Below the pieces are notes generated by a model. It was not told where the DNA came from, made no database searches, and worked only from the letters and a program-made list of their open reading frames with translations. Below are positions 9,103 to 18,354 of a stretch of 61,937 nt of DNA, in pieces. This DNA is from Bacteroidales bacterium (GTDB taxonomy: Bacteria > Bacteroidota > Bacteroidia > Bacteroidales > WCHB1-69). Within the stretch, counting starts at the first letter, position 1. The number at the start of each line of letters is the position of its first letter. The stretch covers positions 1 through 61,937 of the forward strand of contig JAIKYR010000153.1 in assembly GCA_024682995.1 (NCBI GenBank), given 5' to 3'. The position numbers and the translations under genes are program-made.

Positions 9103-10443
9103 TCACAACGGTCTCCGTCCCGGGGCGTTCATGGCTCGGACCAGGTTTTTGGCTTTGCCGCTATTCACCAGTTTCATCATCTTACGGGTATCCTCAAACT
9201 GTTTCATCAGGCGGTTCACATCCTGAATGTCGCGTCCACTGCCCTTGGCGATACGTTTGCGGCGGGAGCCGTTGATGATATCAGGGTTGGCGCGTTCCTG
9301 CGGGGTCATGGATTGGATAATCACCTCCACGCTCTTGAAGGCGTTGTCGTCAATATCCATGTCGCGGATCACCTTGCCCATGCCGGGAATCATTGACATC
9401 AGGTCCTTCACGTTGCCCATCTTCTTGATTTGCTGGATCTGATTCATGAAATCGTTGAAGTCGAACTGGTTCTTAGCCAGCTTCTTCTGCAACTTGGCCG
9501 CTTCTTCCTGATCGAACTGGTCCTGGGCTTTTTCCACGAAGGAACGGATATCGCCCATACCGAGGATACGTTCAGCCAGTCGGTCAGGATGGAAGACGCT
9601 CAGGGCCTCCATTTTCTCGCCCGTACCGATGAACTTGATAGGTTTGTTGACCACGGCCTTGATGGTCAACGCGGCACCGCCGCGGGTGTCACCGTCCATC
9701 TTGGTGAGGATCACACCATCGAAGTTCAGCTTGTCGTTGAAGGCTTTGGCGGTGTTCACGGCATCCTGGCCGGTCATGGCGTCCACCACGAAGAGGATCT
9801 CATGCGGGTTCACGGCCTCTTTAATGTTGCCGATCTCCGTCATCATCTCCTCATCCACCGCCAGACGGCCGGCGGTATCAATCAGCACCACATCATAGCC
9901 GTATTCCTTGGCGTGTTTCACACCGTTTTTGGCGATTTCCACCGGTTTCTTGCTATCCGGCTCGGTATAAACGGGCACGCCGATCTGCTCGCCCAGCACC
10001 TTCAGCTGGTCGATGGCGGCAGGACGATACACGTCGCCGGCCACGAGCAACGGTTTCTTATTACGCTTGGTTTTCAACAGGTTGGCCAATTTCGCCGCGT
10101 GGGTCGTCTTACCGGAACCCTGTAAGCCCGACATGAGAATGATAGCCGGATTGGCTTTGATGTTGATATCCACGGCCTCGCGCCCCATCAACTCGATGAG
10201 TTCGTCGTAGGTGATCTTCACCATCAGCTGGCTAGGCGACACGGCCTTCAGCACGTTCATACCCAGAGCCTTCTTCTTCACATCGTCGGTGAAATCCTTG
10301 GCAATCTTATAGCTGACATCGGCGTCCAGAAGGGCCTTGCGGACCTCCTTCATCGTCTCGGCCACATTGATTTCCGTAATGTAGCCCTGTCCCTTGATAA
10401 TCTTAAACGCTCTGTCTAATCGGTCGGTTAAACTTTCAAACAT
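9103..10443 (-). CDS. ffh: Signal recognition particle protein Ffh
   Basis: 446 aa. N domain, then G domain (GLQGSGKTT, DTAGR, TKMDGD), then a Met-rich M domain (KKMGNVKDLMSMIPGMG). Confidence 0.95.
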   Translation of the reverse strand: MFESLTDRLDRAFKIIKGQGYITEINVAETMKEVRKALLDADVSYKIAKDFTDDVKKKALGMNVLKAVSPSQLMVKITYDELIELMGREAVDINIKANPAIILMSGLQGSGKTTHAAKLANLLKTKRNKKPLLVAGDVYRPAAIDQLKVLGEQIGVPVYTEPDSKKPVEIAKNGVKHAKEYGYDVVLIDTAGRLAVDEEMMTEIGNIKEAVNPHEILFVVDAMTGQDAVNTAKAFNDKLNFDGVILTKMDGDTRGGAALTIKAVVNKPIKFIGTGEKMEALSVFHPDRLAERILGMGDIRSFVEKAQDQFDQEEAAKLQKKLAKNQFDFNDFMNQIQQIKKMGNVKDLMSMIPGMGKVIRDMDIDDNAFKSVEVIIQSMTPQERANPDIINGSRRKRIAKGSGRDIQDVNRLMKQFEDTRKMMKLVNSGKAKNLVRAMNAPGRRPL

Positions 10444-10478
10444 TGTAATTATTGATTAAATCATTCAACAACAAACTA

Positions 10479-10817
10479 TCAATCTTCCAACAAAACATCA
10501 ACTTCATTTTTCAATAGAGGAAGATGTTTTATCACAATTGACCAAATAATCTCATTAGACACTTTATCATAACCATGAATCACATAGTTCCTTGTGTCAA
10601 CAATTCTTCTTGCATTGGTTATCTTGAGGTCAGGATCCATTTTTGATAGACGGTTAACCGCTTCTCCTATAATCTCTATTTGCCTCTCAACCGCTTTTTG
10701 CAACATGTCATTCTTCTCATATTCCGAAAAGATCTTCTTACCCTCTTCGAAATATCCCTCTACACTACATATTGCATTCTGTATATCAAACAAATACTTT
10801 TTCTTAACATCATCCAT
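10479..10817 (-). CDS. hepT: HepT-like (DUF86/HEPN) toxin of a type VII toxin-antitoxin pair
   Basis: Rx4H motif with trailing Y (TRNYVIHGY). The ATG at 10815-10817 overlaps the upstream gene's stop by 8 nt (ATGGATGA). The ORF-track start at 10841 is a TTG alternative that adds 8 codons. Confidence 0.75.
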   Translation of the reverse strand: MDDVKKKYLFDIQNAICSVEGYFEEGKKIFSEYEKNDMLQKAVERQIEIIGEAVNRLSKMDPDLKITNARRIVDTRNYVIHGYDKVSNEIIWSIVIKHLPLLKNEVDVLLED

Positions 10818-11115
10818 AAATTCGCGTTTTAGTTCGCTCAATCGCCTTAATAAAGAAAGGGTTTGAAAGAGAACTTTCCATCACCAAGTCTATATCTCTC
10901 CCCAAAAGTTTGGACAATTTGTCTTTGAAATCAAAATAGTTGTCCGCATAATCAAGAAGCGGCACTTCATCCGTAAACGAAACCAGGAAGTCAATGTCGC
11001 TCTTGTCTGAAAACCTGTCCGTCAACACACTACCAAAAGCGAACAAATCCCTTACCTTGTATGCGTTACACAGGTTCCTTACGGCATGGATCCGGTTTTT
11101 CAACAATTCGTTCAT
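10810..11115 (-). CDS. mntA: MntA-like minimal nucleotidyltransferase antitoxin
   Basis: 101 aa. Nucleotidyltransferase motif FGSVLTDRFSDKSDIDFLV (GS...DxD). It lies directly upstream of, and overlaps, the HEPN gene. Confidence 0.75.
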   Translation of the reverse strand: MNELLKNRIHAVRNLCNAYKVRDLFAFGSVLTDRFSDKSDIDFLVSFTDEVPLLDYADNYFDFKDKLSKLLGRDIDLVMESSLSNPFFIKAIERTKTRIYG

Positions 11116-11168
11116 AGTAATATTTTTCTACAACAGGTATAAATTTTCCAAGTTATATTTCACGGGTG

Positions 11169-11176
11169 CAAAGATA
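11169..11176 (-). promoter_or_regulatory. Candidate -7 promoter box for mntA-hepT(-ffh)
   Basis: TATCTTTG(CACCC) on the minus strand, ~54 nt upstream of ATG 11115. Confidence 0.45.
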
Positions 11177-11270
11177 CTCATTTCTCGGACACAAAAAACA
11201 ACCTGTTCAATATTTCATTTCAACAACAATCTTCCAGGCGTTTTGATTTTTCCATTTGAAAATAAAATCA

Positions 11271-11278
11271 TATTTTTG
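11271..11278 (+). promoter_or_regulatory. Candidate -7 promoter box for the ybjQ-like gene
   Basis: TATTTTTG(CAACG), 26 nt upstream of ATG 11304. Confidence 0.5.
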
Positions 11279-11303
11279 CAACGTCATTCAAAAAACAGAG
11301 ATT

Positions 11304-11624
11304 ATGATATTAACTACCACACCCACCATTGAAGGCAAACAGATCTGCAACTATCACGGCGTCGTGTTCGGCGAGGTCATCACCGGTGTCAATTTCGTAA
11401 AGGATTTCTTCGCGGGGGTTCGCAACATCGTGGGCGGCCGCTCCGGTTCCTACGAGGATGAGCTGATGAAGGCCCGCGACAATGCCCTGCGAGAACTGGA
11501 ACAGCGTGCAATGGAAAAGGGCGCCAATGCCGTGGTCGGCATCGACATCGACTATGAGGTGCTGGGCCAGAACAACGGCATGCTGATGGTCACTGCGTCA
11601 GGCACAGCCGTGACGGTGGCATAA
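11304..11624 (+). CDS. YbjQ-family (UPF0145, heavy-metal-binding-like) protein
   Basis: The ATG at 11304 gives [14 protein letters not shown]...[20 protein letters not shown]...GGRS..YE...[25 protein letters not shown], which is typical YbjQ. The ORF-track start at 11256 is TTG and sits on the promoter box. Confidence 0.75.
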   Translation: MILTTTPTIEGKQICNYHGVVFGEVITGVNFVKDFFAGVRNIVGGRSGSYEDELMKARDNALRELEQRAMEKGANAVVGIDIDYEVLGQNNGMLMVTASGTAVTVA

Positions 11625-11664
11625 ACAGAATGCAACGGCTGGGCGCAAAGCAACATCACAATAT

Positions 11665-12084
11665 TCAATCATCTATTTTGAAAGAGACCGGCACCTGATA
11701 GAAACAACGTACCGGCTTTCCCATGTTTTTGCCCGGTGTCCACCTCGGCATTGACATTACTCCACGCAACGCTTCCACATCGCAATCGGGGAAAAGCGGG
11801 ACCTTCACCTTTCCGTTGGTCAGCCGGCCATCCTTTTCCACCACAAACTCAACCAGCACGGCGCCCGTGATACGATTTTCCTTTGCCACCAGGGGGTATT
11901 TGATTTCACGTTGGAGATATGCATACAAAGAATCCTGACCGCCGGGGAACATCGGCATTTCTTCCGTAAAATATACCGGTGGCGCGGCACATTGGGACAA
12001 GTTTGGAACATCTTGTGCCCATCCGGCAAAACCATACAATATGATTGCCAGAAAGAATATGACTTTTACAATTGGTTTCATCAT
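11665..12084 (-). CDS. Small secreted TonB C-terminal-domain protein
   Basis: 139 aa with a signal peptide, then MPMFPGGQDSLYAYLQREIKYPLVAKENRITGAVLVEFVVEKDGRL...ALRGVMSMPRWTPG...VRCFYQVPVSF (TonB_C pattern). Confidence 0.65.
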   Translation of the reverse strand: MMKPIVKVIFFLAIILYGFAGWAQDVPNLSQCAAPPVYFTEEMPMFPGGQDSLYAYLQREIKYPLVAKENRITGAVLVEFVVEKDGRLTNGKVKVPLFPDCDVEALRGVMSMPRWTPGKNMGKPVRCFYQVPVSFKIDD

Positions 12085-12127
12085 TTTTTTTGCAAAAAAA
12101 CAAAATAATCTACAAATACCAAACAGG

Positions 12128-12135
12128 CAAAAATA
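12128..12135 (-). promoter_or_regulatory. Candidate -7 promoter box for the TonB_C gene
   Basis: TATTTTTG(CCTG) on the minus strand, 44 nt upstream of ATG 12084. It sits back-to-back with the box at 12142. Confidence 0.45.
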
Positions 12136-12141
12136 TTTTTC

Positions 12142-12149
12142 TATCTTTG
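12142..12149 (+). promoter_or_regulatory. Candidate -7 promoter box
   Basis: TATCTTTG(CGTTCC), 26 nt upstream of ATG 12175. Confidence 0.5.
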
Positions 12150-12174
12150 CGTTCCTATTTTAACATCATTTATA

Positions 12175-12999
12175 ATGAAAAGAGGTAAACGGACTTGTGA
12201 GTTTTTGAAGGAGGTGCGTCAGCGTGTGGCACGGGAGAACGACATCCCGCTGGAAACACGTGAATGTACCCACAAGGGCGATTGCCGCGGCACATGTCCC
12301 TACTGCGAGGCCGAGGTCCGCTATCTCGAACAGGAACTTTCCAAACGCCGCAGCCTCGGGAAGGCCGTGACGGTGGCAGGCATTGCTGTCTCCTCCATGA
12401 TGATGGGCGGCTGCCACAGTTCGAGCCCTAAACTCCAAGAAACAGTGGAAATGCCGGAATCGACCACAGATATTGAGAAAATACATGATTCCAGTAAAGC
12501 AACGGAGCAAAAAGATTCAATACCCCACCCTGGCCAAATCGAAACGTATGAACTTGATGGCTTCGTAGAAGGCATTGACGAGGTCACGGAAACTAAATCG
12601 AATTGCCCCGGGCCAAAGGATACTACTTATAAAGATTTTTTAGATGGCGACATTGCATTGTGGGAAGAACCCGACGGGATAATCATAGATGTTTCTGATG
12701 ATTGGGAAAGAAACGAGTGGCATTCCTCCGTTGGCGTGCCGACACAATGGCTTAAATCCCGGTTGGCCACCCCGCTGGACTTTCTCCGCAACCCAAAATA
12801 CGACAACACCTACATCGTACTCATCATCAATAATAACGGCGAAGTAAAGGAGGTGGTATTTCAGCCAAAGAACGTGTTGTCATCCGCCCAGGAGCGGGCA
12901 TTCCAGGAGGAGGCCACACGGATTCTGAAAACGATGCCGAAATGGGAAGGAGGCAACACGGCCGCCAGTTACGAGATTCCCATCCGCGACTTGCGCTAA
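12175..12999 (+). CDS. Membrane-anchored protein with Cys-rich cytoplasmic N-terminus and TonB_C-like C-terminal domain
   Basis: 274 aa. N-terminus CEF...ECTHKGDCRGTCPYCE (five Cys within ~40 aa), one hydrophobic segment (AVTVAGIAVSSMMMGGC), and a C-terminus ...NNNGEVKEVVF...EEATRILKTMPKWEGG...YEIPI. Confidence 0.45.
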   Translation: MKRGKRTCEFLKEVRQRVARENDIPLETRECTHKGDCRGTCPYCEAEVRYLEQELSKRRSLGKAVTVAGIAVSSMMMGGCHSSSPKLQETVEMPESTTDIEKIHDSSKATEQKDSIPHPGQIETYELDGFVEGIDEVTETKSNCPGPKDTTYKDFLDGDIALWEEPDGIIIDVSDDWERNEWHSSVGVPTQWLKSRLATPLDFLRNPKYDNTYIVLIINNNGEVKEVVFQPKNVLSSAQERAFQEEATRILKTMPKWEGGNTAASYEIPIRDLR

Positions 13000-13124
13000 A
13001 TTCCAAACGCACACATCCGATTCCTTTTCCGGAAACATTGGTCTGGAAATGTGTGCGACAGGCAAACATAAACAACGAAATCCTCAATTTTGCATCCGCA
13101 ATGACAATTTTTCGATTTTTTTAC

Positions 13125-13132
13125 TAATTTTG
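13125..13132 (+). promoter_or_regulatory. Candidate -7 promoter box for kbl
   Basis: TAATTTTG(CAGCC), 49 nt upstream of ATG 13181. Confidence 0.5.
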
Positions 13133-13180
13133 CAGCCTCATTAAATCCAAGACACAGATTCAACAAATAAACATAAAACT

Positions 13181-14371
13181 ATGTACACCAATTTCCAACA
13201 ACATCTTCAGAAGGAACTGGCCGACATCAAGGAAGCCGGCTTGTACAAGAACGAACGCATCATCGCCTCTCCGCAAAGCGGTGAGATCACGCTGCAGGAC
13301 GGCAGCAAGGTGCTGAACTTCTGCGCCAACAACTATCTGGGCCTCGCCAACGACGCGCGTCTGATCGCCGCCGCCAAGGAAGCCCTCGACACCCACGGCT
13401 ACGGCATGGCCTCCGTGCGCTTCATCTGCGGCTGCTCCGACCTGCACAAGGCCCTGGAGAAGAAGATTGCCGAATTCTTCGGCACTGAGGACACTATCCT
13501 CTACGCAGCCTGTTTCGACGCCAACGGCGGTGTCTTCGAGCCCCTGCTCACCGAACAGGACGCCATCATCTCCGATGCCCTGAACCACGCCTCCATCATC
13601 GACGGCGTGCGCCTCTGCAAGGCCGTCCGCTACCGCTATAAAAACGCTGACATGGCCGACCTCGAGGAGCAACTGAAAGCCGCTCAGGCACAGCGTTTCC
13701 GCATCATCGTCACCGACGGTGTGTTCAGCATGGACGGCAACGTGTGCCCGCTCGACAAGATCTATGAGCTGGCCCAGAAATACGACGCCATGGTCATGGT
13801 CGATGAGAGCCACTCCGCCGGCGTGGTGGGCAAAACCGGTCGCGGCGTGACCGAGTGCTACAACCTGCGCGGCAAGATCGAGATCCTCACCGGCACCCTC
13901 GGCAAGGCTTTCGGCGGCGCCATCGGCGGTTTCACCACCGGTAAGAAGGAGATCATCGACATGCTCCGTCAGCGCTCCCGTCCGTACCTGTTCTCCAATT
14001 CCATTCCTCCGATGGTGGCCGCTGCCGGCTGCAAGATGGTCGACATCATGTCAGAGACCAACGAGCTGCAGGACAAACTGCACAGCAACACCGAATATTT
14101 CGTGGCCAAGATGAAAGCCGCCGGTTTCGACATCAAACCGACCGAGTCCGCCATCTGCGCCGTGATGCTGTATGACGCCAAACTGTCACAGGTGATGGCC
14201 GCCAAACTGCAGGAGGAAGGTATCTACGTCACCGGCTTCTACTATCCCGTGGTCCCGAAAGACCAGGCCCGTATCCGCGTGCAGATTTCCGCCGCCCACG
14301 AACCCGAGCACCTCGACAAGTGCATCGCCGCCTTCACCAAGATCGGCAAAGAGCTGGGCGTTTTGAAATAA
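13181..14371 (+). CDS. kbl: Glycine C-acetyltransferase (2-amino-3-ketobutyrate CoA ligase)
   Basis: 396 aa. It is near-colinear with E. coli Kbl motifs: NFCANNYLGLAN, GMASVRFICG, CFDANGG, AIISDALNHASIIDGVRLCKA, DGVFSMDG, VDESHS. Confidence 0.9.
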   Translation: MYTNFQQHLQKELADIKEAGLYKNERIIASPQSGEITLQDGSKVLNFCANNYLGLANDARLIAAAKEALDTHGYGMASVRFICGCSDLHKALEKKIAEFFGTEDTILYAACFDANGGVFEPLLTEQDAIISDALNHASIIDGVRLCKAVRYRYKNADMADLEEQLKAAQAQRFRIIVTDGVFSMDGNVCPLDKIYELAQKYDAMVMVDESHSAGVVGKTGRGVTECYNLRGKIEILTGTLGKAFGGAIGGFTTGKKEIIDMLRQRSRPYLFSNSIPPMVAAAGCKMVDIMSETNELQDKLHSNTEYFVAKMKAAGFDIKPTESAICAVMLYDAKLSQVMAAKLQEEGIYVTGFYYPVVPKDQARIRVQISAAHEPEHLDKCIAAFTKIGKELGVLK

Positions 14372-14413
14372 AAAACATTTTAACCCTTATTATTAATTTA
14401 AAACATCAAAAAA

Positions 14414-14836
14414 ATGAAAAAACTCGCTTTATTAGCAATTGTTTGCTGTGCCATGGTTTTCACCAGCTGCCACAGAGACCAACACACTTATTACACCACG
14501 ATCAACTTCTCCCAGGCTGAAAACACCGAGAGTGTCATCAGCATCAAGGCCGTGTTGGGCACCATCAATGTGTACGGGATCGGCGATTACACCGTCACAG
14601 GCAAAGACGAAGGATACACCGATGTCAAGGCCAAAACCAAATACCTCGAATCCGTAGCCGGTATTCTGTTGCATGGCAGCGAAATCAAGACCCACATGGG
14701 TGCCGATGATTATTTCAACTACAAACTTTTCAGAAAAAGTGACAACGTTCTGTTGGAAGACACCAAATTCTATTTGAACACAGATGGTAATTTTGATTCT
14801 GCGAAAATAGCCGACAATGTGGAGGGCGGCGAATAA
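14414..14836 (+). CDS. Hypothetical lipoprotein
   Basis: 140 aa. Signal peptide with lipobox MKKLALLAIVCCAMVFTSC. No family recognised. Confidence 0.5.
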   Translation: MKKLALLAIVCCAMVFTSCHRDQHTYYTTINFSQAENTESVISIKAVLGTINVYGIGDYTVTGKDEGYTDVKAKTKYLESVAGILLHGSEIKTHMGADDYFNYKLFRKSDNVLLEDTKFYLNTDGNFDSAKIADNVEGGE

Positions 14837-14853
14837 TCGTCTCTAACTCAAAA

Positions 14854-14887
14854 CAAAAAAAACCGCTCAATCGAGCGGTTTTTTTTG
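14854..14887. terminator. Bidirectional rho-independent terminator between convergent lipoprotein genes
   Basis: Stem AACCGCTC (14861-14868) pairs with GAGCGGTT (14873-14880), loop AATC. It is flanked by an A-run on the left and a T-run on the right, so it reads as hairpin + U-tract on both strands. Confidence 0.8.
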
Positions 14888-14908
14888 TTTTAAACACCAG
14901 AAGGAAGA

Positions 14909-15397
14909 CTATCTATACGAAATCACACCTTTGGAACTTGTGGTGTCAACATCCACCACCTTCGCACCCACGAAGTTGATCTGCCAATCGGGAACGGTGT
15001 CCACCACTGCCGTATCAATGTGGAAGTAGAACGTTGTGTTTACAGTAGAGTTCGTGAATTCAGACGTAACATCCACGGTTTTCACATGCATCATACCATC
15101 CGTCACATACGGATTGCTGCCGATACGGTCGAGCAGGATGCTGGCCACGAGGTCGAAATCCTCACAAGTGGTCTCAAAATGTCCTGTAGAAGTACCGGAC
15201 AGGGGAAGAACATACAGCATGATGCCATTCTCATCCAGGGGATTGGAGAAATACTCCAGGTCGCCCGTGGCAATCTGCGCACCATTCATCGTGAATTCGC
15301 CTCTGTACTTGCCTTCATATTGGGTGTTGTTGTTACGTTGGAAACAGCTGCCCAAGCTGATTGCCAACACCATAAAGACGGTAATGATTTTTGTCAT
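14909..15397 (-). CDS. Hypothetical lipoprotein
   Basis: The ATG at 15395-15397 gives MTKIITVFMVLAISLGSC (lipobox). The ORF-track start at 15454 is GTG and overlaps the promoter box. Confidence 0.5.
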   Translation of the reverse strand: MTKIITVFMVLAISLGSCFQRNNNTQYEGKYRGEFTMNGAQIATGDLEYFSNPLDENGIMLYVLPLSGTSTGHFETTCEDFDLVASILLDRIGSNPYVTDGMMHVKTVDVTSEFTNSTVNTTFYFHIDTAVVDTVPDWQINFVGAKVVDVDTTSSKGVISYR

Positions 15398-15431
15398 AAC
15401 TGTGATTTTAATAACGTTATTAATTCGGGTG

Positions 15432-15439
15432 CAAAAATA
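15432..15439 (-). promoter_or_regulatory. Candidate -7 promoter box for lipoprotein gene 14909-15397
   Basis: TATTTTTG(CACCC) on the minus strand, 35 nt upstream of ATG 15397. Confidence 0.45.
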
Positions 15440-15526
15440 GCATAAAAAAAACACATACGGACAGATGGAATAATTTTTCCTTTTTTTTCATTCCAAAACC
15501 CTAAAACGGAATCGCGAAAAATTGTG

Positions 15527-15534
15527 TACTTTTG
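15527..15534 (+). promoter_or_regulatory. Candidate -7 promoter box for hisS
   Basis: TACTTTTG(CAGCC), 24 nt upstream of ATG 15558. Confidence 0.5.
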
Positions 15535-15557
15535 CAGCCTACAAAAAAACAACGACA

Positions 15558-16925
15558 ATGAACATCGTAAAACCATCCATACCCAAGGGGACGCGGGATT
15601 TCACGCCGGCGGAGATGATGCGCCGCAACTACATTTTCGATACGATCCGCTCCGTATTCTACAAGCACGCCTATCTTCCCATCGAGACACCATCCATGGA
15701 GAATCTCTCCACCCTGATGGGCAAATATGGCGAAGAGGGCGACCGTCTGCTCTTCAAAATCCTCAATTCGGGCGATTTCACCCAGGGGGTTGACTTCCAG
15801 GACAGCAGCATGTCGGTCAACAAGCTGGCCACCAAGCTGTGCGAGAAAGGCCTGCGTTACGACCTGACGGTGCCCTTCGCCCGTTTCGTGGTGCAGCACC
15901 AGAACGACATCACCTTTCCCTTCAAGCGCTACCAGATGCAGCCCGTATGGCGCGCCGACCGTCCGCAGAAAGGCCGCTATCGTGAGTTCTACCAGTGCGA
16001 CGCCGACATTATCGGCAGCACCTCCCTGCTCAACGAGGCCGAGCTGGTGGAGATCACGGATGAGATTTTCCGGAAATTCGGCATCGCAGTCACGATGAAG
16101 ATCAACAACCGCAAGATCCTCTCCGGCATCGCGGAGGTGATCGGGGCCGCCGACAAGGTCACGGACCTCTGCACGGCGATGGACAAGTTAGACAAAATCG
16201 GGCAGGAGGCTGTCTGTGCCGAGATGGCAGAACGCGGTCTCACCCCCGATGCCATCGGAAAGCTGCAACCCGTCTTCTGTCTCGGCGGACAGACCAACGA
16301 GGAGAAGCTCGAATGTTTGAAGGCCTTGCTCGCCACCAGCGAAATCGGACAGAAAGGCCTTGAGGAGCTCACCACCGTGCTGGACTATGTGGCCGAGATG
16401 GGCATCACCACCGATTTGGAAATCGACATCACTCTGGCCCGCGGCCTGAACTACTATACCGGCGCCATCTTCGAGGTGAAGGCCAAGGACGCCTCCATCG
16501 GAAGCATCTCCGGCGGCGGACGCTACGACAACCTCACCGGCATCTTCGGACTGAAGAACATGTCGGGCGTGGGCATCTCCTACGGCGCGGAACGCATCTA
16601 CGACGTGCTCAACGAGTTAGGACTTTTCCCGGATGAGATTCTGAATCCTGTCAAGGCCTTGTTCGTCAACTTCGGGAATGAGGATGAGAAATATGCCCTT
16701 GCCGCCCTGCGCGCCGTGCGCGAGGCAGGCATTGCGGCAGAAATCTACCCCGACAGCGTCAAGATGGGCAAGCAGATGTCGTACGCCAACGCCAAACACA
16801 TCCCCTTCGTGGTTATGGCGGGTGAGAACGAACGCACAAGCCACACCTTCACCTGCAAGAACATGACCAGCGGCGAGCAGCATACCTGCACGCTACCGGA
16901 ACTCATTGGAATGCTGACCACATAG
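15558..16925 (+). CDS. hisS: Histidine--tRNA ligase
   Basis: The ATG at 15558 gives [20 protein letters not shown]... Class II motifs are present ([11 protein letters not shown]-like [41 protein letters not shown]). The ORF-track start at 15522 is TTG. Confidence 0.9.
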   Translation: MNIVKPSIPKGTRDFTPAEMMRRNYIFDTIRSVFYKHAYLPIETPSMENLSTLMGKYGEEGDRLLFKILNSGDFTQGVDFQDSSMSVNKLATKLCEKGLRYDLTVPFARFVVQHQNDITFPFKRYQMQPVWRADRPQKGRYREFYQCDADIIGSTSLLNEAELVEITDEIFRKFGIAVTMKINNRKILSGIAEVIGAADKVTDLCTAMDKLDKIGQEAVCAEMAERGLTPDAIGKLQPVFCLGGQTNEEKLECLKALLATSEIGQKGLEELTTVLDYVAEMGITTDLEIDITLARGLNYYTGAIFEVKAKDASIGSISGGGRYDNLTGIFGLKNMSGVGISYGAERIYDVLNELGLFPDEILNPVKALFVNFGNEDEKYALAALRAVREAGIAAEIYPDSVKMGKQMSYANAKHIPFVVMAGENERTSHTFTCKNMTSGEQHTCTLPELIGMLTT

Positions 16926-16950
16926 TACTGACACCGAAAAAAAGACTGTC

Positions 16951-18333
16951 ATGGAAACGCCCACCCTCCGACAACGCATCAACAGGGCCATCCGCAAGGC
17001 ATGGGTCTCCCTCCGGCAATATACCCAGTTGCGGGACGACACCGACTACGAAGCCACCTTCGACTCCATCTCCAAGAGTGTGGTTTTCCGGGGAGTGAAC
17101 GTCTGGGTTCTTTTCTTCGCCATCATCGTGGCATCGGTGGGGCTTAACGTCAACTCCACGGCCGTCATCATCGGCGCGATGTTGATCTCCCCGCTCATGG
17201 GACCCATCACGGGCATCGGATTCGCCGTCGGCACCTTTGACGAACAGCTGTTGAGGAAATCCCTTAAGAACCTGGCGTTCATGGTGTTCATCAGTCTGGT
17301 GGCCTCCACGCTCTACTTCCTCATCTCGCCCATCAATGATGCGCGCTCCGAACTTTTAGCCCGTACGCAGCCCACCATCTTCGACGTCTTCATCGCCTTC
17401 TTCGGCGGATTGGCCGGCATTGTGGCCTCCAGCCGGAAGTCGCAGTCCATCACCGTAATCTCCGGCGTGGCCATCGCCACCGCCCTCATGCCGCCCCTGT
17501 GCACAGCGGGCTTCGGCATCGCCACAGGACAAATATGGTACTTCCTTGGGGCCTTCTATCTATTCTTCATCAACTCCTTCTTTATCGCCTTAGCCACCTT
17601 CCTCATCGTGCGCTTCCTCCGTTTCCCTGAGGCCCAATACGTGGATGAGCGTCGGCACCGCAAGGTGAAACGTTTTATCACCATCCTCACCATCCTCGTC
17701 CTTATCCCCAGCATCTATTTGGCCACCGATGTGGTGCAAGAGGCGGCTTTCAACACTCAAAGCATCAAATTCGTGAAGGATTTGCGTTCCAGCGAAATGT
17801 TCCAGAACACCCAGATCATCGATGCCGACCGAGAATACCACCACCGCAGCCAATGCGTCACGCTTTCACTGATAGGCAAACCCATCAGCAACGAGGATAT
17901 CGCCAAGCTGCAAGACGTGCTTCACACCCAATACGGGCTGAAAAAGGCCAATCTGGTTATCAAGCAGACAGGAGAGACTATCGACATCACCAAGCAGAAT
18001 GAGATCATTGAAGATATTCTGAATAAAAAAGATGCCACTATTGCGAAACAGGATTCCACCATCATTGAACTGAAGTCCAAGATCAACGCCATCCAAGATG
18101 CCGAGACGCTCTCGCAGCAACTGGCAGAAGAGATTTACGCCCAATATCCGGCTGTTCAGGAGTTTGCCGTGACCGATATGGTGCAATACAACACCAGATC
18201 CTTGGAATCCAAGACGGTTGCGGTCGTGTATCTGCAATGGGACAACAACAGCCGTCATCAGGCTGACGAGCAGAAGCTGGTAAAATGGCTCAAAGTACGC
18301 ATGAACGTTGACGAACTCAAAGTGATTCACTAA
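16951..18333 (+). CDS. DUF389-family integral membrane protein with C-terminal soluble extension
   Basis: 460 aa. VASVGLNVNSTAVIIGAMLISPLMGPITGIGFAVG and a second half repeat (GVAIATALMPPLCTAGFG) are typical of DUF389/TIGR00341 proteins. Confidence 0.65.
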   Translation: METPTLRQRINRAIRKAWVSLRQYTQLRDDTDYEATFDSISKSVVFRGVNVWVLFFAIIVASVGLNVNSTAVIIGAMLISPLMGPITGIGFAVGTFDEQLLRKSLKNLAFMVFISLVASTLYFLISPINDARSELLARTQPTIFDVFIAFFGGLAGIVASSRKSQSITVISGVAIATALMPPLCTAGFGIATGQIWYFLGAFYLFFINSFFIALATFLIVRFLRFPEAQYVDERRHRKVKRFITILTILVLIPSIYLATDVVQEAAFNTQSIKFVKDLRSSEMFQNTQIIDADREYHHRSQCVTLSLIGKPISNEDIAKLQDVLHTQYGLKKANLVIKQTGETIDITKQNEIIEDILNKKDATIAKQDSTIIELKSKINAIQDAETLSQQLAEEIYAQYPAVQEFAVTDMVQYNTRSLESKTVAVVYLQWDNNSRHQADEQKLVKWLKVRMNVDELKVIH

Positions 18334-18354
18334 TCCACCATCGTCCCTCTCCGT

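Noticed and set aside
13008-13057. 9-bp inverted repeat (CGCACACAT...ATGTGTGCG) after gene 12175-12999 as a terminator.
   Set aside because: The loop is 32 nt and no U-tract follows. This is weak evidence, so I did not list it as a feature.
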